Source: Octopus vulgaris | Lineage: Eukaryota | NCBI GenBank assembly: GCA_951406725.2 | Contig: OX597836.1 | Span: forward strand, 27,094,001 to 27,158,000 | Reading direction: 5' to 3' | Length of the DNA: 64,000 bases | Shown: one piece after another, positions 39,725-52,337 of the stretch | How positions within the stretch are numbered: position 1 is the stretch's first letter | Layout: each line of letters opens with the position of its first letter | Notes under the pieces: generated by a model | The model's input: only the letters and a program-made list of their open reading frames with translations | Told to the model about the DNA's origin: nothing | Database searches by the model: none | Translations under genes and position numbers: made by a program

Positions 39725-40300
39725 GTAATAATAATAATAAATGCCCTGATGCAGTACCAGGCAGTGGCTCTCATGGCCTCTGATCTTAACTGATTGAAAG
39801 TGTTATCATGTACATTGTTTTGTCTTGGTATAAAAGATGAGCTACAGCAAATATTCTGCTCAATACCACAGATTTGCTTGTCAGTTGTTTAACCTTAACC
39901 AGTTGAGCATGTCCCTTAGTGGCTGAAGATATGTGCATCTCTGATCACAAACAGAAGTAGTGGGGGAGCATCATAGCCATGTGTTGAGAGCAAATCTTTT
40001 GGGGTTTGGGTAATTCTCCTTTGGAAACATGGGTGTTTTGTTCAACATCCTTAAACAACCCTTATTCAAGGTCCTTTTGAGTGGGATGGGCTACTCGACC
40101 TGAAGAAGATTTTAACTGAACTCCCACCTACACGGTCATGCACTGTTTATCTTGATATGAGATCACCATGTTGCGCACATGTGGTTGTGATGCATGTGCC
40201 TGGTGTACCCTTATCAGGTGGGTTGTCATGATGAGTATACTGGGCTTCATATATTTTACCCCAGTGTCACTTTGGTGGCATGCACTGCTCTCTCACTAAC

Positions 40301-40348
<48 letters not shown>

Positions 40349-40957
40349 TAATAATGATAATAATAATAATAATAATAATATTTTCTACTGTAGGCATAAG
40401 GTCTAAGATTTTGGAGGAGAGGGCATGTTGATTACATTGACCCCAGTACACAACTGGTACTTATTTTACCGACCCCGAAAGGATGGAAGGCAAAATTGAA
40501 ATAATAATAATTATTCCAAATTTTTGCTACAATGGCAGCTTGCGGGAGGTGGGGATGAGCCGATTACATCAACCCCAGTATTCAACTGGTACTTAATTTA
40601 TCAACCCTGAAAGGATGAAAGGCAAAGTCAACCCTGGCAGAATTTGAACTCGGAATGTAGCAATGGGTGAAATACCACTAAGCATTTCTCTCAACGTGCT
40701 AACGGTTCCGCCAGCTTGCTGCCTTTGTCGAAACAATAATAATCTTTTCTACTCTAGGTACAAGGACAGAAATTTTTGGGGAGGGATCCAGTCAATTAGA
40801 TCACCCCCAGTATGCAACTGGTAATTAATTTATCGACCCCGAAAGGATGAAAGGCAAAGTCGATCTCGGTGGAATTTGAACTCTGAACGTAACGGCAGAC
40901 GAAATACTGCTAAGCATTTCATCCGGCGTACTAACGATTCTGTCAGCTTGCCGCCCT

Positions 40958-41012
<55 letters not shown>

Positions 41013-41349
41013 GCCCTGATGCAGTACCAGGCAGTGGCTCTCGTGGCTTCTAATCGTAACTGATTGGAAGTGTTATCATGTACATTGTTTTGTCTTGATA
41101 TAAAAGATGGGCTACAGCAAATATTCTGCTCAAAACCACAGATTTGCTTGTCAGTTGTTTGACCTTAACCAGTTGTTATTTTTTTTAGATCACCCCCAGT
41201 ATGCAACTGGTATTTAATTTATCAACGCTGAAAGGATGAAAGGCAAAGTCGACCTTGGTGGAATTTGAACTCAGAACGTAAAGACAGACAAACTACTGCT
41301 AAGCATTTTGCTCGGTGTGCTAATGTTTCTGCCAGCTCACTGCCTTCGA

Positions 41350-41380
<31 letters not shown>

Positions 41381-43618
41381 TGACATCTACCAGCCTCACC
41401 CAACTCCTTCCCATTTCCTCCAATTTCCCCAAGCATCCTTGTATTTCTATTCACCCATTCCCACCATGACAAACCCTTCATTAACAGAACAACTCCTTGT
41501 ATTTATTTTTTCTTTGTATTTTAATGTTTTATTGTTTTTCATTTCCTTCCCTGTTACCCAGGTATCTCAGTAATAACTGCATTGCAGTGATTGAGGGCCT
41601 CAAAAACCTTCATCATCTCAATGAACTTTACATCGACAGACAGCAGCTGCCCCCTGGAGAGAAGCTCCTACTTGATCCAAGATCCATCAGAGCTATTTCT
41701 GTGAGTGAACCCCCGCCTTCTTTTTTATATAAGTAGGGCTGATAGAGGTGCTGGGCAATAGAGGTGTCGGGCGATAGAGGTGCAGGGCGATGCAAGGTGC
41801 TGGGTGATGGAGGTGTTGGGCAATGGAGGTGTCAGGCAATGGAGGTGTTGCGTGATGGAGGTGCTGGGCGATAGAGGTACCGGGCGATGGAGGTGTCGGG
41901 CAATAGAGGTGTCGGGCGATGGAGGTGTCGGGTGATAGAGATGTTGGGCAATGGAGGTGTCAGGTGATGGAGGTGTTGGGCAATGGAGGTGCCGGGCGAT
42001 GGAGGTGTCGGGCAATAGAGGTGTTGGGCGATGGAGGTGTCGGGTGATGGAGGTGTTGGGTGATGGAAGTGCTGGGCAATAGAAGTGCTGGGTGATGCAA
42101 GGTGCTGGGCGATGGAGGTGTCAGGCGATGGAGGTGCCAGGCGATGGAGGTGCCAGGTGGTGGAGGTTCCAGGTGATGGAGGTGCCAGGCAATGGAGGTG
42201 CTGGGCGATGGAGGTGAAGTTTTGCCTGAGATCATTCTAAATGAACAGACCAATAACTATAACCAAATACAGTCAGCTCCAACCGTGGCTATCCAGCCTT
42301 TTTAGTTTAGGTATATCTAGGGTTACATTGTCCAATATGTCCTTTCCTGATTCAATCCTATAGCATTAAAACCAGTGATGTCCAACCAAAATATTCTTCT
42401 TTGTTTTGGATTGAAGCTGATCAGATCCAACCTTTCACACCTACCCTACAATGTCATTCTAAAAACATACAATCACATTCATTGAAATCTTGAAACTACA
42501 GCATAAAATGATGTGAACTGTGTAAAGCAATGTGAATAAATAAGCATTAAAGGGGTCTTATGAGAGTGATTTGACTGTTATTTTCAGCATGTTTAGCAAC
42601 CTCTCCTCAGCATCAGTCGTCATCGTCATCATCATCATCATCATTGTTATTGTTGTTGTCTTTGTCATCATAGTCATGCCCATCATCATCTTTATCGTTA
42701 TAATCATCATCATCATCATTGTTCCCCCTCCTCCTCCTCCTCAATTCCCCCTTTCCCCCTCTTCCTCCCCATCCTCCACCTTCCCCTCCCATTCTCCTTT
42801 CCCTTCTTCCTTCCCCTCCTCCCCTCTCCCATTGCTCCCCATCCTCTTCCTTATTGCAGTCGCCGTCACCACCACCACCACCACCGCCATCGTCATCACC
42901 ATTATAATTTTGTCCTTGTTGCCACCCCTGTTGTTTTTAATGTTCATTATCACCAACCACCACCACTACCTCTACCCAACCACCACCACCACCACCTCTA
43001 CCCAACCACCACCACCACCACCACCACCAAGTACCACCGCCACCACCACCGCGACCACCACCGCGACCACCACCGCCACCACCACCGCCACCGCCACCAC
43101 CACCAAGCCCCACCACCACCGCCACCACCACCACCACCACCACCACTACCACCACCACCACTACCACCACCACCACCACCACCACCACCGCCACCACCAC
43201 TGCCGCCACCACCACCACCACCACCAAGCCCCACCCCCACTGCCATCACCATCACCACCACCACCACCACCATCACCACCACCAAGCCCCACCACCACCA
43301 CCACCACCGTCATCATGTCTACCCTTCTCCACCCAAAGGTCTGCCTGCAAGTCCTCAACATCTCCGGCAACAGACTGACCAGTCTCAATGAGCTTCACCC
43401 TCTGCACCAGTTGACCTGCCTTTACGCGTCAGACAACAAGGTTTCGCAGTTCAGCGACATTGCAGGTGCACTGATGAACATGGAGAAGTTGGCGACGCTC
43501 GAGCTGCACGGCAACCCAATGTGCCGCAACAAAAGGTACCGAGACAAGCTCATCATCATGGTAAAGAGCTTAGGTAGGTGCAATAGGAATTGCTTGGTGG
43601 GCGTGTGCATGCGCACAT

Positions 43619-43680
<62 letters not shown>

Positions 43681-45535
43681 GTGTGTTTTTATGTGTGTGT
43701 GAGTGTGCATGTGGATGTGTGTCTATGTGTGTTTTTCTGGGCATGTGTGTTTGTATGCATGTGTATCTGTATGCATGTGTGTGTATGTGTAAGTGTGTGT
43801 GTGTATGTGTTTGTGTGTGTGCATGCACATGCATGTGTGTGAGTGTGTTTTTGGGTGCGCATGTATATGTGTATGTGCATGTGTGTCTAAGTGTGTGTAT
43901 GAGGTGTATGAGCATATGTGTGTGTATAGGTGTATGTGTGTGTGTGTGTGTTTTTGTGTGTGTGCATGCACATGCATGTGTGTGAGTGTGTTTTTGGGTG
44001 TGCATGTATATGTGTAAGTGGGTATGTGTATGTGCGTGTGTGTCTAAGTGTGTATGAAGTGTATGAGCATATGTCTGTGTATGGGTGCATGTGTGTGTGT
44101 GTGTGTAAGTGGTTGTGGTGTGTGTATATGTGTGCACATGTGTATGTATACATAGGTGTGTGTTAGTGCATGTGTGCAAGTGTTTCTGTGCACGTGTGTG
44201 TGTATGTGTAAGTGTGTGTGTATTAGTGTATGTGTAAGTGTTAGTGTGTGTGTATGTGTGTGTATGCGTAAGTGTTAGTGTGTGTGTATATGTGTATGTT
44301 TCTGTGCATGTGTATATGTGTTAGTGGGTATGTGTATGTGTATGTGTTGGTGTGTGTGCACGTGCATTTGTTTGTGTGTGTGTTGGTGTGCATGTGTGTG
44401 TGTGTATGTGTGTGTGTACGTATGGTGGTGGTGGGGGTGTTAATATCATGGTGGAACTCAAACCTCATCCTTTAACATCCACTTTTCTAGGTCTTCATGG
44501 GTTGGACAGGTCTTCCTCCACATGGCATTTTCACACATGTTGCAATCTCTTGTTATTTTTTTAATCAAGAGAGAAGACAGGGCCAAGATCCCTTCATATG
44601 GCCTCTGGAACTGGGGCAGTTGGTGGGAGAATAGGAAGAAGAGAGGAAAGTCTCCTCAAGTTAGACACATGACATGGATATTTACAAGAGAGGTCGGGTC
44701 CATTCGAAATATTCTACCTGTTTTATGTTGAAATTAGCCAGATCTGGCCTGTCACACCTATCCTATAATGTTAATCTGAAAATAAACTACTCTGTCATAA
44801 AATTAGAAAATTACCATTTTCAAATCTCACAATTTGAGATATTCAGCAACAGTACTTTGTAGTAAAGATTGTTTGCCAGCATAACATGGTAGTCCTGGTT
44901 TAGGACAAATGTTGCTGTAATTTAGCTGTCCTTGTTTGAAAATGTAAGGACACAAATTGTGTCATATAGCCAGCTGGAGACGATGTCTCCTGGGGCTAAA
45001 TTACAGCAACATTAGTCCTAAACCAGGACTGCCATGTTATGTTGGCAAACAATCTTTTCTGTCATAAAAATACTGAAGCTATGGGTAATGCATGATTAAT
45101 TCAAAACAATGAGAATAAACTTCGTTTTGGGGTTTGGTTTGCAAGATTCTTTATGTGAGTTTGTGTGTTGAAGCATTTTTTGTTGTGTCTGGGGAGAGTC
45201 ATTCTTTTTTTAGTGCCTTATTATTTAACACACTCACTGGTAAAGTTTCCACTCATTTACTTATTTATTTTTCCTAAAATTTTCGTTGCATCTTGCAACC
45301 TTTTCAATAGTCAAAAAGGTTCTTTATTCTTTTATTCTTTTACTTGTTTCAGTCATTTGACTGCAGCCATGCTGGAGCACCGCCTTTAGTCGAGCAAATC
45401 GACCCTGAGACTTATTCTTTGCAAGTCCAGTACTTATTCTATTGGTCTCTTTTGCCGAACCGCTAAGTTACGGGGACGTAAACACACCAGCATCGGTTGT
45501 CAAGCGATGCTAGGGGGACAAACACAGACACACAA

Positions 45536-45570
<35 letters not shown>

Positions 45571-46501
45571 CGACAGGATTCTTTCAGTTTCCGTCTACCA
45601 AATCCACTCACAAGGCATTAGTCGGCCCGGGGCTATAGCAGAAGACACTTGCCCAAGATGCAAGACACAATGAAAATTTTAGGAACAATAAATAAGTAAA
45701 TGAGTGGAAACTTTACCAGTGAGTGTGTTAAATAATAAAGTACTAAAAGAGAATGACTCTCCCCAGACACAATAAAATGTGAATAACTATGCATTACATC
45801 TAACAGAATTATCTGAATGCCAAATGGTTAATCATGCAAAACACCAAAGTTCCATTCTCTGTTCTCTTCCACTAGAAAACCTTGATGGCAAAGATATTAG
45901 TGTCACCTCCAAGACATTCATACATAACTGGTCCGCTAGCAGGACTGCCTTAAGACCAAGAAGAGAGCCTACACGAGTTCTAAACCCATATAAAGGTATT
46001 TTCATTACATCACTTCTTTTCAGTTTTTGTTAACACACTTATGATCAAAATGTATTCCAGTTGTGACCATCCCAACATTTTGTACATCACTGAACATAGT
46101 TTCCCCCGTATCTTACTATTGGTTCCAAATACTTTAAAATTTTGGCACAAGGCCAGCAGTTCCTGGGAGGGGCCGAGTCGGTTACATCAATCCCAGTGCT
46201 AAACTGCTATGATGAAGGCTGGATAGTTTGACTGGATGCAACAAGTTGCTTGCTCCAATTGATTCTGTGAGTGTGGACAACAACCTGTTGTCATAGCTTT
46301 CACAGGGTCACTTTCTGTAAATCATAAGACTTACTACTTGGATGTTAAGTACCATGGAAGATACCCAATGCCTAAGCATCGATCTTAAAATCCAAGCTGT
46401 CCTCCAATAGAGCGGTTTTTGGACATGCTCTGCCCTAATATCAATTCCACATTCTCTGACATATTTCTCAAACTTAGTTGCTAGTGTTATACACTACTGG
46501 G

Positions 46502-46533
<32 letters not shown>

Positions 46534-46836
46534 GACCATCACCATCATCATCATCATCATCATCATCACCATCACCATCACCACCACCACCACCACTATC
46601 ATCATCATCATCATTATTATTAGACAGCAAGCTGGTAGAATTATTAGCACGCTGGATGAAATGCTTAGCAGTGTTTTGCTTGTCGCTCCATTCTGAGTTC
46701 AAATTCAGCCGGGATTGACTTTGCCTTTCATCCTTTCATGGGAGTTGATAAAATAAGTACCAGTTAAACACTGGGATCAATGTAATCAACTCATCCCCTC
46801 CCCCAAAATTGCTGCCGTTGAGACAAAATTTGAAAC

Positions 46837-46876
<40 letters not shown>

Positions 46877-47430
46877 GAGTGAGAAAGCAGTGCATGCCAT
46901 CAAAGTGACACTGGGGTAAAATATATGAAGCCCAGTATACCCATCATGACCACCCATCTGATAAAGGTACGCCAGGCACATGCGTCACAACCATATGTGC
47001 ATGACATGGTGATCTCATATCAAGATAAACAGTTCATGACCTTGCAGGTGGGGCCCAGTTAGAATTTTCTTCAGGTCTCGTAGCCCATCTCATTCAAAAG
47101 GTCCCTGAATAAGGGTTGTTTAAGGATGTTGAACAAAACACCCATGTTTCCAGTGATGAATTATCCAAACCCCAAAGAATTCCTCTCAACACATGGCTAT
47201 GATTCTCACCCACTACTTTTGCTTGTGATCAGAGATCCACATATCGTCAGCTACTAAGGGACATGCTCAACTGGTTAAGGTCAAACAACTGACAAGCAAA
47301 TCTGTGGTATTGAGCAGAATATTTGTTGTAGCCCATCTTTTATACCAAGACAAAACAATGTACATGATAACACTTTCCATCAGTTAAGATCAGAAGCCAC
47401 GAGAGCCACTGCCTGGTACTGCATCAAGGC

Positions 47431-47462
<32 letters not shown>

Positions 47463-47492
47463 CCATCACCATCACACCACCATCATCATCAC

Positions 47493-47533
<41 letters not shown>

Positions 47534-47568
47534 CCATCACCATCATCATCATCATCATCACCATCACC

Positions 47569-47600
<32 letters not shown>

Positions 47601-50600
47601 TATTATTATTATTACATGTCTATATTCACATTCTTCTTCTCCTTTACAGGTGACCCAGTGGATGATACCAATTTCACCACTTTCCCACGAGATTCCAAAG
47701 TCTCTGGCTACATGATGCCTGGTAACTTTGACACTGTTAATTATTAATGGACATATTGACATAACTATTATTATTATTAATATTATTATTATTAATATTA
47801 TTATTATTATTATTATTATTGATCACCATAGTTGACCACTCTGTCTGACCTCTACACATATTCTGTCGGACATATGCACTAACATTTACATAGGAGATCT
47901 TGCCTAGGTCTGTCAGGTGGGGGTGGCTTTCTGAGTGACCTTTCTGGAAAACTGTCCTACACTACCTTTCTACATTGTAGATGTGTGTATGTATGCATGT
48001 GTGTGTGTATATATATTTATGTATGTATATATATATATATACATATATTTATCTATCTATCTATATCTATATATATATATATATCTATATATATATGTTT
48101 ACAAGGCCTAGACAAGCATCTCCAACTAGCAGGCCATGCTACTCCAGACTGATGACGAGTAAGACTCAGAAACTAGTCTCTGGATGCAGGATTAGCTGGG
48201 CGGGGGTGCTTGTCTCCCCCTTGTAAACCTAAGGACACAGGAAATGTGTCAAAGCTGACAGGAAGCATTGATGCTTCCTAGGGCTAAATAGCAGTGGTGT
48301 GATTTTCTTTATGGGACTGTCACATTATGTTGACAGTATACAACTACTCTATCGTACCACTACTGCTTATATCTCTCTGAGATATTTAGAAATGTAATAT
48401 TTATATATATATATATATATGAGGCCGTGGGACATTCTTGTTAATGTCTCATTTATACCTGCTTTATATGGCTAATAGGTTAAATGGGACATACCTGTCT
48501 TCACGGCCGAAACAGCTGTCAGCTACGATGTAACTGTATTTTCTATTTCTATTTCCATGTCTAGTTATATTTGCAATATATTATGTATAATGTCATTGCT
48601 GTTGTGTAATGGTTTAATAAAGTATTGATTGGGTATTATCTGATGGTTGATGATTGATTTAGGTATGTTTCTCCATTTTCTCATTTTGTATATATATATA
48701 TATATATATATATAATGGACTCTCCCATCAAAGACAACACATGAGCATTCAGCTTTTTGCCGAATGATCTCGCAAATGGTTTGTTTATAGTGATCAAACG
48801 TTTGTGCAACACATTAGCTCACTCCCTCCATCAAATCGAGGTTGTCTGTTCAGGTGCACGGTGTACCACATGTCAGGTGTCAAAGTGATCCCAGAGCAGC
48901 ATGAGATGAAGTGTTTTGCTTAAGAACACAATGCACCGCCTGCTTTGGGAATTGAAACCATGATCTTGCGATTGGGAGTGCAACACTCTAACCACTAGGT
49001 CATATGTATAAAAATTGATCAGATAAAGAGAAGTGAAGTGAGAGAATAGTTGTTTATTCCATTAGTTGACAGCTGTTTCGTAATCTGTGTTAGTTACATA
49101 AGTGACACTACATCATCCTTCACACAAATCTCTTTCTCTCTCTCTCTCTCTCTGGTTGGGTAACCATGTACCTCTTCTATAGTAAGACACTTGTTTCTGT
49201 CTCTCTGTCTCACTGTAACCTTTCATCATCTGATGCAAGACAACCCCTTCCAATGCCCCCTCTCCTTGCAAAGGGTCTTTGTCTTGCAAGTTACTTGGTG
49301 ACCCTGTAAAAGGGCATCCAGCTGTAAAAACTTGCCAATACTGACCTCACATGTGCTTGTGCCCTCTAAAAAGCACTCAGTCCACTCTGCAGGGTGGTTT
49401 GCATTAGGAAGGGCATCCAGCCATAAAAACCCTTCCAAAACAGAAACAGTAGCCTGGGGTAGTCTTTTACCTGATCAGCTCCTGTCGAACTGTCCGACCC
49501 ATGCCTGTATGGAAGGTGGATGTTAAACGATGATGATGATGATGATGAATGTGTGTGTTTGTAGACCCATAAGTACATACATATATGGGTACAGGACGTC
49601 ACCAACGGTGCAAATAACATGAAATACATAAACAACGAGTTAAATACGTAAGCAATGAGAAAAAATGGAAAACAGAACAAGTAAACACAGAGAAAGGACC
49701 CTTCATCAGTTGTCGGCTGTCTTTCTACTCCTGATTTCAAGCATTCAATGACAACATGGGACTTCAGTTGCTCCCATAAATTCATCATCATCATCATCAT
49801 CGTTTAACGTCTGTTTTCCGTGCTAGCACGGGTTGGACGGTTCGACCGGGGTCTGGGAAGCCAGGGGCTGCACCAGGCTCCAGTCTGATCTGACAGTGAT
49901 TCTACAGCTGGATGCCCTTCCTAACGCCAACCACTCCGCGAGTGTAGTGGGTGCTTTTTACGTGCCACCTGCACAGGTGCCAGGGGAGTCTGGCATCGGC
50001 CACAATCGGTTGGTGCTTTTAATGTGCCACCGGCACGGAAGCCAGCCAAGGCGGCGCTGGCATCGGCCATGTTCGGATGGTGCTTTTTATGTGCCACCGG
50101 CACAGAAGCCAGTTGGAAATAAAACTTAGGATTTATGGAAGGTCAAAGTTGGGGACAAAAACAGGACAGTGGAGACATACAAGGAAACCGAACGAAAACA
50201 AAGATGGAGGGTCGTTAGACCAGAACATATATAGGCACAAGAGTGGCTGTGTGGTAGGAAGCTTGCTTCCAAACCATATGGTTCCAGGTTCAGTCCCACT
50301 GCATGGAACCTTGGCCAAGTGTCTTCTACTATAGCCTCGGGCTGACCACAGCCTTGTGAGTGGATTTGATAAATGGAAACTGAAAGAAGCCTGTTGTATA
50401 TATATATATATATGTATATATTTACGTGTTTGTGTGTTTGTGTTTGTCCCTCCACCATCACTTGACAACCGATCTTGGTGTGTTTACATCCCCATAGTTT
50501 AGTGGTTCAGTAAAAGAGACTGATAGAATAGTGCTAGGCTTACAAAGAATAAGTCCTGGGGTCGATTTGCTTCGACTAAAGGCAGTGCTCCAGCATGGCC

Positions 50601-52157
50601 ACAGTCAAATGACTGAAACAAGTAAAAGAATAAAAGAATATATATATATATATATATCTTTAGGTAAGTAACTTGTATGGTCATGTAGTTGTTTAACCCC
50701 GGGCTGTCCCTGTTCAGGAAGGAATATAAGATGGTATGGTTTGGTAAAGTAAGTCATATATAACTAGTTGTGAGGATGGTATGCTGGCTAATAGCATGCT
50801 GGACAAAATACTAAGCAGCTTTTCGGCCACCTGAATGTTCTGGGTTCAAATCCCAATGAGGTTAACTTAGCCTTTCATCCTTTAAATAAGGTAAGCGACA
50901 GTTGGGAGTCAATATAATTGACTTACCCCTTCCCTCGACCTTGCTGGCCTTGTGCTAAAATTTGAAACTAGTATATAACCAGTTGTATACTGAGGGTTAT
51001 TGTAATTGGCCAAAACCTTCCTCGTTTGCCAATCTCCATTATGCCAAAACAAGATGACCGTTAGTAAACCCAATTCACGCCCCAAAATCTATTTTTGCTT
51101 AGCAGATGTAATTGATGCCTCTCACTTGCGATGTCTTCTTCCTCAATAAGGATTTCAAATTTTCACTTTTGCCATGAAGACAGCTTTGGGGGAAGGGGAT
51201 TAAGTAGATTACATCAACCCCAGTGCTTAACTGGTACTTATTTAATTGACCCCAAAAGGATGAAAGGCAAAGTTGACCTTGGTGGAATTGGAACTCTGAA
51301 TGTAGCAACGGGTGAAATACCGTTAGGCATTTTGCCTGGTGTGCTAACGATTCTGCTAGCTCACTGCCTTAATAATAATAATAATAATAAAGACCTACTC
51401 ATTGAAATTGAGAAAATGTGGCATCTCAAGGCGGTTACAATACCAGTGATCGTAGGAGCACTAGGAATGATCAAGAAGGGAACCGAAAATTATATGAGAA
51501 TGATCCCTGGCTTACCATCCCTGCAAGAAGTGCAAAAGATTGTCTTAACTGGTACATCACACGTATTGAGAAGAGCATTGTCGATGTGAGAACTGTTGCT
51601 GCTCATGTATTTTAATTTAACTTAAAAAAAAAAATTTAAAAAAATGAACGAACTATTGAGTTTGGTTTAATGGCCTACCAATGTATACTATGAGTTTCTT
51701 TGCCCTAGGAGTTGGGAAGACACTCGGCAAGAAATGGAAGCAAATTTGAAAGAAGAAAAAAAAAAGTAATAATAATAATAATAATAAGAGCACTCAGAGA
51801 GAGCGCAATCCTCTGCCCAGGCAACACCAACATCCTCTCGATGATTAGCTGGAGATGATTTTTAAAATGAGAATATCCAAAATAAACTCGACTGCTCTTA
51901 CAAATGAGAATACTAAAAATGAACCTGACTGCTCTCAAAAATTAAGTGAAAAAACAGAAAAAATAATCTAGAATCCTTACCCGGTACCCGATTGATCCCA
52001 AAATCTAATCAGTTCATGCCAGACATGAGGCTAAATATCCCTGAAAGTTTCATCTGAATTCATCCAACGATTCTTGAGATATCTTGTCCACAGTCTTGTC
52101 CATAGACAAACAAACAAACATGAATGAAAACAATACCTCCACCTTCACTAAGATGGA

Positions 52158-52225
<68 letters not shown>

Positions 52226-52279
52226 TAATAATAATAAGAAGAATAATAATAAAAATAATAATAAAAATAATAAAAATAA

Positions 52280-52337
<58 letters not shown>

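Noticed and set aside
39740-39830. HDV-like ribozyme at the 5' end of family E
   Set aside because: I could not build the P1/P2/P3 nested pseudoknot by eye.
42571-43842. 423-aa ORF
   Set aside because: Only 43339-43573 is a real exon; the rest is translated trinucleotide and (TG)n repeat.
49690-49775. CTGATGA on the minus strand as a hammerhead
   Set aside because: No stem II plus GAAA follows it; at most a decayed element end.
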